The notes under the pieces were generated by a model, which was given only the letters and a program-made list of their open reading frames with translations, made no database searches and had not been told where the DNA came from. Positions 37,468 through 47,943 of a DNA stretch of 55,263 bases are shown here, in pieces (within the stretch, counting starts at the first letter, position 1; each line of letters begins with the position of its first letter). The DNA is taken from the NCBI GenBank assembly GCA_003514005.1, contig DOSJ01000017.1:1-55263 (forward strand), in the 5' to 3' direction. A program made the translations under genes and the position numbers. The stretch comes from Candidatus Falkowbacteria bacterium (GTDB lineage Bacteria > Patescibacteriota > Patescibacteriia > Patescibacteriales > UBA12075).

Positions 37468-38661
37468 TTACATCATCTTCTTCCGAATAAACGCCGGAAT
37501 CCCCAATTCTTCATCTTCCTCGCCTTCGCTGGCTACTTCGCGTTTTTTAACCGGTTCGGCCTGGGCGGCTTTGAGCGGAGAGACTTTTGGTCTTTCTCTT
37601 TTTTTCTGTTCTTCCATCTCGACCGTATCGCGCTCTTCTTTTTCGGCAATATAGGCGCTTGGGGTATAGGCTCTTTCTTGGGAAATAAGGTCGCGTTTCT
37701 TGCCGTATTGTCCGTCAAAACCGGTGGCAACTACGGTAATCTTTATTTCGTCTTTCATTTTAGGATCAATTACAGCGCCAAATATGATTTTGGCTTCTTC
37801 GTCAGCCGATGCGGTAATTATTTTAGCGGCTTCGTTTACTTCGTTCATGCCCAGATTAACGCCGCCGGTAATGGAAAAAAGGATGCCGCGCGCGCCCTCA
37901 ATATTCATTTCCAAAAGCGGAGAATTGATCGCCATCTTTGCCGCCTCAATCGCCTTGTTCTCACCGCTGGCATTACCGATACCCATCAGGGCAGAGCCGG
38001 CATTGGCCATAACCGCTTTAACATCGGCAAAGTCGACGTTAATCAGGCCCGGAACGGTTATTAATTCCGCGATGCCCTGAACGCCTTGCTGTAATATTTC
38101 GTCAACAACCATAAAAGCATCCAAAAGAGAGGTTTTCTTGTCGATAACTTGCAATAGCTTGTCATTCGGAATGGTAATGATTGTGTCTACCTTGTCGGCT
38201 AATTCCGCTAATCCCCGATCAGCGATATTGCGGCGTTGCGCACCTTCAAACTGAAATGGCTTGGTAACAACCGAAACAGTCAAAGCACCAAGATCGCGCG
38301 CGATTTCCGCGACAATCGGACTCGCACCGGTTCCAGTTCCACCGCCCAAACCGCAGGTAACAAAAACCATATCCGCATCCTTAAGCGCATCGCGAATATC
38401 ATTCTGTGATTCTTCGGCCGCTTGGCGACCAAGCTCCGGATTCATGCCTGCGCCTAAACCACGAGTAATGGATTTGCCAATATGCAATTTTTTACCCGAT
38501 TTATTGTAATGCAAAGCTTGGACATCGGTATTAATCGCGATAAATTCCACGCCTTTAACCCCAGCATCTATCATACGGTTAAGCGCGGATCCGCCCGAAC
38601 CGCCTACTCCCACTACTTTTATTTTAGCAAAAGTCTCTAATTCTGGTTTAACTTCGGCCAT
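37468..38661 (-). CDS. ftsZ: cell division protein FtsZ
   Basis: GGGTGTG tubulin signature, NVDFAD, C-terminal IPAFIRK. Confidence 0.99.
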   Translation of the reverse strand: MAEVKPELETFAKIKVVGVGGSGGSALNRMIDAGVKGVEFIAINTDVQALHYNKSGKKLHIGKSITRGLGAGMNPELGRQAAEESQNDIRDALKDADMVFVTCGLGGGTGTGASPIVAEIARDLGALTVSVVTKPFQFEGAQRRNIADRGLAELADKVDTIITIPNDKLLQVIDKKTSLLDAFMVVDEILQQGVQGIAELITVPGLINVDFADVKAVMANAGSALMGIGNASGENKAIEAAKMAINSPLLEMNIEGARGILFSITGGVNLGMNEVNEAAKIITASADEEAKIIFGAVIDPKMKDEIKITVVATGFDGQYGKKRDLISQERAYTPSAYIAEKEERDTVEMEEQKKRERPKVSPLKAAQAEPVKKREVASEGEEDEELGIPAFIRKKMM

Positions 38662-38977
38662 ATTCTTTAGTTAATTAGTGATTAGGTAATTAGTTAATTA
38701 GGCATTGAAATAGTGTTATTATTCCTTTTAAAACCCTAATTAACTAATTAACTAATCAACTAAATATATTAGTAAAATATTAAAAACGTATATTTTCGAC
38801 TAAAAATTTTTACTTTTTTCTTAATAATATTTTATAATATTTATCAAAAAATAGCAAGCACTTTAAACAAAAAACCGTTTTAAAAATAAAACGGTCTGTA
38901 CAAATTTTTTATACACCTTGTAAACTACATTTCTACAATCCTACCAGCCTACCAGCCTACAATCCTACCGTCCTAAA

Positions 38978-40243
38978 CTACGGCATTAACGCCTTAAACC
39001 ATTTCTTAACCTGATCAACACCCTTGCTCATATCTAATTTTGCGGCAAACTTTCCGGTTTTGCTACTGGAAACGGAAGATAGGTTATCACCCCAGATTAT
39101 GAGACCTAAAGCGTTTAGGTATTCGGTATCGTTTACTTTATCTATAATTGTAGCGATTTTTTTGTTTGTTCCCAGACTTACCGGCAAACGCAGTTTTTTC
39201 TTGCCTGCTTCGATAATATTGGCAAGCTTTGTACCGCCGCCAATCAGAAATACTCCGCCCGGTAGCATACCTGAACGTTCAATTTTTTTGAACTCTTGGT
39301 CAACTTTTTCAAAAATCTCTTCTACACGCGCCTCTATTATCTCTGCCAAATATTTTTTGTTTACCGTTGTAATCTCGTCCGCAACCCCTTCTTCTTTCGC
39401 GATTTCACTGACATCAATCTCTTCATTTTTATCCAAATTACTCGGTACAGCCGAACCGTATTCTTTTTTGACCCGATCCGCAAAATTAATCGGACAACGC
39501 AAACCGATAGCCACATCAGCCGTTATATGGTCAGATCCGATCGGAATAACAGCGGTATGTAAAAGCTCGCCTTCTTCAAAAACCGCCAAAGAGGTGGTAG
39601 AAGCGCCGATGTTAACAAGCGCCGCGCCTAATTCTTTTTGCTTGGCGCCAATTACAGCCTCGGCCGCCGCTAAGGGCGACAAAACCAAGTCTTCGATATC
39701 TAAATTTGTGCGGAATATGGCTTTGGTAAGATTTTTTATCTGACTGGACAGACCCTGAATAATTAATGTCTCTACCTCCAAACGCACACCTGTCATGCCA
39801 ACCGGATCCTTGATATCACCTTGGTTATCAACGGTAAATTTAACCGGAATCACATGCAAAATCTCATAATTTGGCGGAACCGACAAAGCCTGTGCCGCTT
39901 CCAAAGCGCGAGCAACATCCTCTTGACTAATCTCGCCATCGCCCTTGCTTACCGCAACCACGCCCCGGCTTTTTTCGCATTTGATATATGGGGAATTAAT
40001 CGATACCCAAACCGAATCAATCGGTACGCCGACTAGTCTTTCCGCTTTTTCCAAGCATGCCGAAATAGACGATGTTACGTCTTCGATCGATTTTACCGCG
40101 CCTTTGTTAATGCCATTTGACGGCGCCTTAATCGCGCCGATAATCTGAAGCTCTTCGCCCTCTCCGGTATTTTTATGTTGTGCAACCACCAGGCGCACTT
40201 CGGTTGAGCCGATATCCAGACCGGCGATTATATTATCTTTCAT
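38978..40243 (-). CDS. ftsA: cell division protein FtsA
   Basis: GLDIGS, IIEARVEEI, C-terminal amphipathic KKWF; upstream of ftsZ. Confidence 0.97.
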   Translation of the reverse strand: MKDNIIAGLDIGSTEVRLVVAQHKNTGEGEELQIIGAIKAPSNGINKGAVKSIEDVTSSISACLEKAERLVGVPIDSVWVSINSPYIKCEKSRGVVAVSKGDGEISQEDVARALEAAQALSVPPNYEILHVIPVKFTVDNQGDIKDPVGMTGVRLEVETLIIQGLSSQIKNLTKAIFRTNLDIEDLVLSPLAAAEAVIGAKQKELGAALVNIGASTTSLAVFEEGELLHTAVIPIGSDHITADVAIGLRCPINFADRVKKEYGSAVPSNLDKNEEIDVSEIAKEEGVADEITTVNKKYLAEIIEARVEEIFEKVDQEFKKIERSGMLPGGVFLIGGGTKLANIIEAGKKKLRLPVSLGTNKKIATIIDKVNDTEYLNALGLIIWGDNLSSVSSSKTGKFAAKLDMSKGVDQVKKWFKALMP

Positions 40244-40393
40244 ATATTATTACACGAAACAAACGAAAAATTACGAAATAAACGAATATTTGTATTTAAA
40301 ACAATTATTGAATTCGTTATTTTCGTTATTCTTCGTCTCTTTTTGTGTATATACTATATTATACACAAAATTGTAAAAAATAACAATACTTTT

Positions 40394-40753
40394 TTATTTT
40401 ATAATATAGGGAAAAAATATTATCAAACCGATTATAACCGCAACAAACGAAGACAGCATTACTCCGGCAGCGGCAATGTCTTTTATTTCTTTGACATAAT
40501 CATCAATCCGCGGTTTTAAAATATCGGCAATGCGTTCAACTGCGCTATTGGCAAGCTCCATAAGCATTACCAAACTAATAACAAAAATTAACAAAATCCA
40601 CTCCAAGCGATTTATTTGAAAAAATAAGGCCAAAACTATAACAATCATTGCAAAAAATGCTTGAATACGCAAATTTTGCTCTTCTTTAAAAACTTTTAAC
40701 AAACCTTTGAAGGCATATTTAAAACTTTTTACCAGCCTTTTTAAATTAATCAT
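40394..40753 (-). CDS. dgkA: diacylglycerol/undecaprenol kinase family protein
   Basis: SFKYAFKG, E.N, ELANSAVE..D and KDIAAAGV motifs. Confidence 0.92.
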   Translation of the reverse strand: MINLKRLVKSFKYAFKGLLKVFKEEQNLRIQAFFAMIVIVLALFFQINRLEWILLIFVISLVMLMELANSAVERIADILKPRIDDYVKEIKDIAAAGVMLSSFVAVIIGLIIFFPYIIK

Positions 40754-41148
40754 AATTTTTTTATAAATTTCTCTCCCAGCTCAATCATTCTAAGTCTGCC
40801 TTTTTCCGTTTCATCATCATAGCCAAGTAAATGCAAAAGTCCATGCACAAGAATAAATACCAATTCATCTTCCACTGTTTTGGAATATTTCAAGGCCTGT
40901 CTTTTTATCTGTGCATAGTCAATTATCAATTCCCCTAGCTCACTCCCTTCTCCTGCAAAAGATAAAATATCCGTTGCTTTGTTTTTTTTACGATATTCCC
41001 GATTCAAACGCGTCATAGTGGCATCGCCGACAAAAGCGATCGAAACGGATTTATTTTTTATTTTATAGTAATCAAGAAATTTTACTGCCACTTTCTCAAC
41101 AAGCCTTTCATTTATTTTTGTTCTGATTTTATTATTTACCTCTATCAT
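40750..41148 (-). CDS. ybeY: rRNA maturation endoribonuclease YbeY
   Basis: LN.EYR.K..ATDILSF and HGLLHLLGYD motifs. Confidence 0.95.
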   Translation of the reverse strand: MIEVNNKIRTKINERLVEKVAVKFLDYYKIKNKSVSIAFVGDATMTRLNREYRKKNKATDILSFAGEGSELGELIIDYAQIKRQALKYSKTVEDELVFILVHGLLHLLGYDDETEKGRLRMIELGEKFIKKL

Positions 41149-41224
41149 TTTTAGGTACTTAGGTGCTTAGGTACTTAGGGTTTATTTAAAAAACCTACCC
41201 CCTAATTCCCTAATTACCTAATCA

Positions 41225-42259
41225 CTAATTAACTAAAGCAAGCGACTCAATCATCATATTAAATATCGCTGTATATATTAAAGTATTATCCATTCCCGTA
41301 TTATAAGAAATCGTAAAAACCGCTTCCATATTCAGATTGGAAAGATAAACTATCTGGTTATCCAAGTTTTTTATCCCGCTCCATCCCGCTTTGTACAAAC
41401 GCTGATTGCCTGCTATTTCACTTGCGCCCATAAGCGACAAATACCAATCATCCAAATTTTTTCCTGCCGTGTTTTCCTGGACAATGATTTGGACATACTG
41501 GCTATTGCCTGCTTGGAAAAGAATTGAGTTCTCACCATCAACATTAGTTTTTAACCATGTGTTTGGGTAATAGAGCGAGTACTTGTAATTATTATTTGTA
41601 TATTTTTCAATATTAGGGTTAACAATCAATTTCCCGGCTCCGGCCGGATTATAGAGTTTCATCAGCTCGTCATGATCGCTATAACCATCGCCGTCGCTGT
41701 CTGAATTGCTGATGTTGCAATCCAGTAAAACCTCTTCCAAATCGCTTAAGCCATCGCCGTCGCTATCCGTTGCCGGCACTTTTATACTGCTAGACGGATT
41801 GTTATCCGCGATTTCTTCCGTATTAGTAGCAACATCGGTACTGGTCGCGATATCATTAATGTTTATTTCTTTGATATCAAGCGGCGGCACAACATCCGAT
41901 TCGTCGGCGGTATTATCATCTTCCTCACCAACAGCCGTCTCTTCGTCTTCCACGGCAATACTTGGCGCAAGCACGCTATTGTTTTCCGTTTCAACGGTTT
42001 CTTCTACACTTTGAGTGATCAGCGGAGCCGATTCTGACTGAGGCTTTAGAATAAAAAAATACAAAGCCGCCAAAGCGCCAATCATAAGCAATGCCCCAAT
42101 TGCCAAAATAAAAATACCCACTCCTTTATGCCCTTGCACAACAATACGCGACCCAATAAAACGCTTGGGCATGGTGTGGATTATTACTTTTTTTTCCTGA
42201 AACTTTGCAGTAGAAATTTCAATATTTTGATTATCCGGCATTAAATTAGAAATTATCAA
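41225..42259 (-). CDS. membrane-anchored protein with DxDxDG Ca-binding repeats
   Basis: One TM helix, acidic linker, DSDGDGLSD.EE repeats. Confidence 0.75.
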   Translation of the reverse strand: MIISNLMPDNQNIEISTAKFQEKKVIIHTMPKRFIGSRIVVQGHKGVGIFILAIGALLMIGALAALYFFILKPQSESAPLITQSVEETVETENNSVLAPSIAVEDEETAVGEEDDNTADESDVVPPLDIKEININDIATSTDVATNTEEIADNNPSSSIKVPATDSDGDGLSDLEEVLLDCNISNSDSDGDGYSDHDELMKLYNPAGAGKLIVNPNIEKYTNNNYKYSLYYPNTWLKTNVDGENSILFQAGNSQYVQIIVQENTAGKNLDDWYLSLMGASEIAGNQRLYKAGWSGIKNLDNQIVYLSNLNMEAVFTISYNTGMDNTLIYTAIFNMMIESLALVN

Positions 42260-42307
42260 TTATTATCATTATTGAACATTGATTATTGAGTATTGGGTAT
42301 TAAAACA

Positions 42308-43081
42308 TTATTGATTAACCTCAAACAACTTCCCGCTCCCCAAAGGATTATATCCCCCCTTTACCTCATCTCCATCCGAATAACCGTCACCGTCCGAATC
42401 GGCTATCTTGGGGTTAGTCTTATATACTTTGACTTCTTCACGGTCAAAAAGCCCGTCATTGTCTGTATCAACATTATCAACCGCAGTGCCGATCTGCCAT
42501 TCCTCCGCATCAGTCAAACCATCGCCATCGCTATCCAGACTATCTTCATTAGGGATAATATCAGCTATGCCCGCATTTTCTTCCGGAACAGTTTCTATAT
42601 CAACCGGCATCTGATTATCTTCGTCCATGTTGTTCGTCTCGTTTGTTATATTATTTGTCGGTTCAACTGCTGTATCATTTTTTTGTACAGGCGCATTATC
42701 CTGCGAATTATCCACGACAGGGGTGCTTGCCTCCGGTTCAATATTTTTTACACTACCGTCATCAAGCCTTGTGATAATATATCGATAACCCCAAACACTG
42801 CCCACACCAATCAAAAGCAAAGCTAATACTAAAAAAACCAAAAAGAATATTTTTTGATGGCTAGGCTGATTTTTCTCTGCCGAATCCGTACTATCAAAAT
42901 CAATTTCCGGCTTTTTCTGAAATACCGGCGGTTTTTCCTTTTTTTCCGTTTCCGCAAAAATATCCTCTAATGACTCCTTTGGCAATTCATTTTTCACAAC
43001 CGGCCCTACTTGCGGCAACCCCAAAATCGGATTTGGGTTTACAGGACTTGCCTGTTTTTCATTTTGTAAATCGTCAAACAT
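42308..43081 (-). CDS. membrane-anchored protein with DxDxDG (bacterial TSP3-like) repeats
   Basis: Three DSDGDG/DTDNDG repeats after a TM helix. Confidence 0.8.
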   Translation of the reverse strand: MFDDLQNEKQASPVNPNPILGLPQVGPVVKNELPKESLEDIFAETEKKEKPPVFQKKPEIDFDSTDSAEKNQPSHQKIFFLVFLVLALLLIGVGSVWGYRYIITRLDDGSVKNIEPEASTPVVDNSQDNAPVQKNDTAVEPTNNITNETNNMDEDNQMPVDIETVPEENAGIADIIPNEDSLDSDGDGLTDAEEWQIGTAVDNVDTDNDGLFDREEVKVYKTNPKIADSDGDGYSDGDEVKGGYNPLGSGKLFEVNQ

Positions 43082-43086
43082 ATTTT

Positions 43087-43989
43087 TTATTTATTTTCTT
43101 TAATAATATTGTTGTTTTCTAGCTCTGGCTGTTTCTTTTTAATCTTTAAAATATAAAACGCAATAGTTACTAACAGTATAGCAAAAAATAGCAAAACGGC
43201 AATAAATAATATTTTTTGATTATTTTTTAAAAAAGAGTTATCTGTTTTTATTGCTTGCGCCGCGCAATCACTTCCACAATTCTCCAAATTCTCACCAACA
43301 TCACATTTTCCATTATTATTGCATGCTTGGATAATGTTTTCCACAACAGTTATATATTTTTCTTGGCTGATTTTCTGAAAATTATCAGATAGCGCTTCAA
43401 ATGTTATATAGTAATCACCTGCTTCTTTAAATTTATAATAATCAGGTAAGACTACCCTGTCCATAATACCATTTTTTTCTGAACTGAAAATTGCCACAAG
43501 CGGAGGATTGAAATTGGAACGACTTTTAACATATATCGGTTGATTAACTGAAAAAACTTTTGTTTCTTCTCCGCAGGTTTCATCCGTACAGAATAAAAAG
43601 CTGACATCCAGCGCCGGTTTTGAATCAATAAAAAATTCTTTCTCGGCAATTATTCTCTGATCATCACCCGTCGCAATAATCGCCCGGCATTTTTGAGACG
43701 GAATATTCGGTGTCAACATAATACCCTTGTATTCCCCTTTGTATGTTTTTCCAGCCTCCGACGATATTTCGACTTCATTTGGAATCGGTTGGGGCAAATC
43801 TTTTTCGCACACCAAATAAGGCGTTACCGCCTTGATCAATTCTGTTTCTTCATAAATAGAATAAGTAAATACTATTTCATCTCCAGGTTTAAAGCTTTCT
43901 TCTATATCAATTGCATAAAATGATTGGGCTGATACCAGAGAGGGCGATAGAAACAAGCAGAGTAAAAATAAAATTTGTATTTTTTTCAT
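43087..43989 (-). CDS. secreted protein with Cys-rich motif and C-terminal TM anchor
   Basis: Signal peptide, CNNNGKCD.GE..ENC.SDC motif, TM helix with basic tail. Confidence 0.75.
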   Translation of the reverse strand: MKKIQILFLLCLFLSPSLVSAQSFYAIDIEESFKPGDEIVFTYSIYEETELIKAVTPYLVCEKDLPQPIPNEVEISSEAGKTYKGEYKGIMLTPNIPSQKCRAIIATGDDQRIIAEKEFFIDSKPALDVSFLFCTDETCGEETKVFSVNQPIYVKSRSNFNPPLVAIFSSEKNGIMDRVVLPDYYKFKEAGDYYITFEALSDNFQKISQEKYITVVENIIQACNNNGKCDVGENLENCGSDCAAQAIKTDNSFLKNNQKILFIAVLLFFAILLVTIAFYILKIKKKQPELENNNIIKENK

Positions 43990-43990
43990 A

Positions 43991-46900
43991 TTATTTAGCG
44001 ATTATAAGCAGTTCCTTCGCGCGCGACAAGCCGCTTACAAATTCTGCGCGCAAAACAACTTTATAAAAACCTTTATTAAAGCTATGGGTCGGATTTTGAA
44101 CCGTGCTTGTCGTGCCGTCCGCAAAATTCCATTCAAATTTTGCCGGCACCTCGCCAAAACTGGCTGTAAAATTAACGGTCATTGGCGCCGCACCGGTTTG
44201 AGCTGAAGCTGAAGCCGTGACTGTCGCCGGTAAAATCGTTTTGTTAGCGCTGGTTTTAAATGTTTGATCAGCGCTTTGTGCTATGTTTCCGACCGGGTCT
44301 TTGGCGTACACCTTGTAATGATAAAGAGTATCGGGATTAAGATTGTTCAAAGTAATTCTCCTTTCAATATAATATATTTCATCATAATCCAAGGTATCGC
44401 CATAAGCCGTAGTTAAACCATAAACCACCTTGTAAGTCGCGACATCCGGCATGACAGGATTCTGGCTGAGCCTGATTATGATATCGCTTGTAGTCGCGCT
44501 GTTGCTTAGATTGGTTTCGGAAAAAACTTGGGCTATCACAGGCAAAGTCGTATCTTTGATTTTTGTTTTTATTTTGAATGGATTATACAAAGGGTCGCCA
44601 AAAGTGATGTCACGCCAGCGCAATACGGGATAACTGAGTGCGGAGCTTTCCGCTAAATTATAGCCACTCAACATATAATTTAAAAATATTTCCGGTCGCG
44701 GATGACCTGTTAAATACGGCTCTCCGGTAACTCCGGTGCCGGCAGTTAACCCGGCAACAAAAGCTTTTTTAAGAAAATTTGTACCAGAATCTGAATTCAA
44801 ATCACAAGCAAATGCTCCGACTTTCCAATTAAAAACATTATTATATTTTCCAAAATTATACCAACCTTCATACCAGATAGCATTCGGCGCTTTTTCCGCG
44901 CTTGAACCGTCAGTAAAAACAGCGCCACTTTCGCCGATTTCCTGCTCCCCGACTTGCCATTTATAATTCCAAGAAAGCCTGTCAGCAATGCGCTTGCCAT
45001 AAGCCATCCAGCGATCACCTGTGCCATAAGAACTTGAATCGGAAAAAGCCGGATAATTTGTATCAAGATATTCATCAGTGAATTTTGAATATCTAGTATC
45101 TACGTATCCGGTTCCACTATAGTAGCCGCTTTCATTAACAATGTATTTTTCACCATACAACGCGCGATTTAATAGTTCAAAATTATCCATGCGGACAACC
45201 GGATAAATATTTTTTCCGCCATATTTATATGAATGGTTAAAGTGGCGGTCGCTTTGTGTTTTTATAGCCACGGGATTAAAATACGGGTTATTGCCATTCC
45301 ACCCTGTTGAATAATCTGTCGAAGTGGCTATACTATTAACCGTCATCAAAGCATGATCCAAAGATCGCGTTCCATAGCTATCAAGCGGCGTGATTGACGA
45401 TGGCAATCCTACCAAAAGAAAATAATAAATCTTATCCTCGCCTACTTCAACCAATTTTGCCTGAATTGTTTTTACTATTTCATTATAAAAAGACGAATAT
45501 TTCACATCCTTATAATAATATGAATAACAACCCCCTCCTTCGGTTGAAGGATATACCGGCAACATATTCACGGCTGGTACATCGCGTTTTAACTTGTAGT
45601 ATTCCGCTATTTCAACATAATCCTTGATGCCATTCTTATTATTATCAGTCGCGCATTTGTCATTATAAATCACTAATAATTTAGCCGAGTCATCATTATT
45701 AACACTAATAGTGCAATTATTGTCATTGCCATTAGTACATCCCGAGGGACAACAGCCATCGTTATTCTGACAAGTGCTAACCACCGTATTTGAACATGTT
45801 GCTGAAATTGTGCTAGGATTTTTACAGACATCCGTAGTGCAAATATTTTTATCATCACATCCAGTATAATCAAAACATTTTACTTTGGACACATCAATCG
45901 GATTAATTTTTATCTGCCATGCCATCTGCGCGCTCTTGCCACCATTATCGGCTACTAACAGAACAATTGAATGTAATCCCTCACTCAGAGTATTTGTATT
46001 AAAAAAATAATAGCTTGTATTATCATATTCTCTTTCGGATGAATTATTTGAACTCGCAGAATTTATCACTCCGTCCTTGTCTGACGACAAAATATACGAA
46101 TAAGGCAATATTCCTCCTTGGACACTGGCGGAGAAATAGACAGTATCGCCTTTGTAATATTCCCTGATTCCGCCCGCGACATCCTCTTGTCCGCCAATAA
46201 TTAGATTATTAGAAACAATAACAAAAATGCTTGAACTATACTCAGCGCTGGCGCTGTCTTTGGTTACAAGCGTAATCTTGTGCATTCCAAGCGCCAATGA
46301 ATTAATACTTAAATAAGAAGCACTTCCAATTATACCCGCTTTATCAGATTTCCATTCATAAGAATATGGAGCTTTGCCGTACTGCGCGTATGCCGAAAAG
46401 AATATATTGGATCCAAGAGCAAATTCCTGATTATTTTCCGGATAATCGATTGGGGAATATAAAGTATTTATCAATTCACATTTACCCGTGTTCGTGTTAC
46501 AGATTTCTCCACCGGAATAATTACATGGTTTATTGATTTTTTCCAGACAAATGTCGCCGTCGCCTGCTTCGCCACAAGACCAAGACGTGTTCTGTCCCAA
46601 ACAGCCAATTTCCGCAGATGAACATTCATTGGCGCAAACAACACAGGCCTGGCTCAATGCCGGTAAATTTGCCGAGGTGCCGCATTTATTTTGATCTATG
46701 CAAGTTCTAGTTTGAATATTATTTAAACAAGCTCCGAAATCCGTGCAAACCCAATTTTCGGTACATGCGCAAGCCAAATCCGCTCCACTGCAGTCTTCGT
46801 CAATACCGTTGCCACAAATCTCTGTTGCCCCAAGATTAATAGCGCCTTTTGCGTCATCACAATCATCACCTGAACGCCCTTCTATATACGGCGTCTTTGA

Positions 46901-47920
46901 ACACATAGTATTGACGCGATAGACTTTTAGATTTTTATCGCAATAGCCATCCTTGTCATCATCACAGCCTTCGTCGGTCTGGCCGTTGCAATTGTTGTCA
47001 ATCGTATCGCAAGTTTCTTGTCCGCCGGGATAGGCGAATTTTTCATTGTCATTACAATCTATGGCCTTGCCGTCGTCGCCGGATTGTCCGAGAGCGCAGT
47101 TGTCGTAACCGTCGCCGTCATTATCTTGACAAGTACTGGTGCCGGAACAGCTTTGATTCAAGAGCGGCCTTTGAGAAAGAGTGCCACAATTGTTTTGGTC
47201 TATGCAAGATCTTATCTGGGTACTATTTTGGCAAGCGTTCCATTCGCCGCAAGTCCAATTTTCGGTGCAAACTGTTGTGCAAGCTTGACTTTCCGCCGGT
47301 TTGCTTGTCGCGGTTCCGCATTTATTCTGATCCGTGCAGGTTCTGGTCTGCAGATTATTCTGGCAAGCGCTCCAATTGCCACAAGTCCAATTCTCAGTGC
47401 AGGCTGTTGGTATATATTTAAATTTTTGCAATTGCCAAAAATTCTGGGCGCAAAGGGCGTCACGACAGCCGCATTTCCAGGCTGTTCCGGTCCAAGAGCA
47501 GATGTATACGAGAAGATAGTTGTCTTTCAACATATCCTCGGCACTGAAGACAACGTCTACTTTGGCTTTAGCAACCAGCCACAGGCTGTATGAAGCGCCA
47601 GTGGGGGTAAATTCAATCTGTTCCCATTTGCTGTTTTTCCAAACATAGCCGTATTTGTAGATATACTGTGTGGCTTGTCCGTTTCCGATTTCCGCGTTGA
47701 CTTGTGTTTGGGCGCAATCGGTTTTTACAAGCAGTTCTTTTTGGGTGGAAACGGTGTTGTAGGCGGCGCCAAATCCGGTTGGAACTGCTTGAGTGGAGGT
47801 GTATTGAGAGCAAGGAAAGGCGTTTGCGGAAAATGAAAAGAAGATGAGAAAGAAAAAAAACAAAAAAGGCAAGGCAAAAAAAGCCATGGCTTTTTTAGGA
47901 GGATTTGGTTGAGGATGCAT
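43991..47920 (-). CDS. large secreted Cys-rich protein with TIGR03790-like, FN3 and PKD domains
   Basis: Three CTENW.C repeats, DCND..PG..E.CD.IDNNC repeats, a domain ending GEPYL...FGDPLYNPF, and a C-terminal PKD (WNFADG...NPTH). Exact start uncertain. Confidence 0.75.
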   Translation of the reverse strand: MHPQPNPPKKAMAFFALPFLFFFFLIFFSFSANAFPCSQYTSTQAVPTGFGAAYNTVSTQKELLVKTDCAQTQVNAEIGNGQATQYIYKYGYVWKNSKWEQIEFTPTGASYSLWLVAKAKVDVVFSAEDMLKDNYLLVYICSWTGTAWKCGCRDALCAQNFWQLQKFKYIPTACTENWTCGNWSACQNNLQTRTCTDQNKCGTATSKPAESQACTTVCTENWTCGEWNACQNSTQIRSCIDQNNCGTLSQRPLLNQSCSGTSTCQDNDGDGYDNCALGQSGDDGKAIDCNDNEKFAYPGGQETCDTIDNNCNGQTDEGCDDDKDGYCDKNLKVYRVNTMCSKTPYIEGRSGDDCDDAKGAINLGATEICGNGIDEDCSGADLACACTENWVCTDFGACLNNIQTRTCIDQNKCGTSANLPALSQACVVCANECSSAEIGCLGQNTSWSCGEAGDGDICLEKINKPCNYSGGEICNTNTGKCELINTLYSPIDYPENNQEFALGSNIFFSAYAQYGKAPYSYEWKSDKAGIIGSASYLSINSLALGMHKITLVTKDSASAEYSSSIFVIVSNNLIIGGQEDVAGGIREYYKGDTVYFSASVQGGILPYSYILSSDKDGVINSASSNNSSEREYDNTSYYFFNTNTLSEGLHSIVLLVADNGGKSAQMAWQIKINPIDVSKVKCFDYTGCDDKNICTTDVCKNPSTISATCSNTVVSTCQNNDGCCPSGCTNGNDNNCTISVNNDDSAKLLVIYNDKCATDNNKNGIKDYVEIAEYYKLKRDVPAVNMLPVYPSTEGGGCYSYYYKDVKYSSFYNEIVKTIQAKLVEVGEDKIYYFLLVGLPSSITPLDSYGTRSLDHALMTVNSIATSTDYSTGWNGNNPYFNPVAIKTQSDRHFNHSYKYGGKNIYPVVRMDNFELLNRALYGEKYIVNESGYYSGTGYVDTRYSKFTDEYLDTNYPAFSDSSSYGTGDRWMAYGKRIADRLSWNYKWQVGEQEIGESGAVFTDGSSAEKAPNAIWYEGWYNFGKYNNVFNWKVGAFACDLNSDSGTNFLKKAFVAGLTAGTGVTGEPYLTGHPRPEIFLNYMLSGYNLAESSALSYPVLRWRDITFGDPLYNPFKIKTKIKDTTLPVIAQVFSETNLSNSATTSDIIIRLSQNPVMPDVATYKVVYGLTTAYGDTLDYDEIYYIERRITLNNLNPDTLYHYKVYAKDPVGNIAQSADQTFKTSANKTILPATVTASASAQTGAAPMTVNFTASFGEVPAKFEWNFADGTTSTVQNPTHSFNKGFYKVVLRAEFVSGLSRAKELLIIAK

Positions 47921-47943
47921 AGGGTTATTTAAAATAATAAAAT

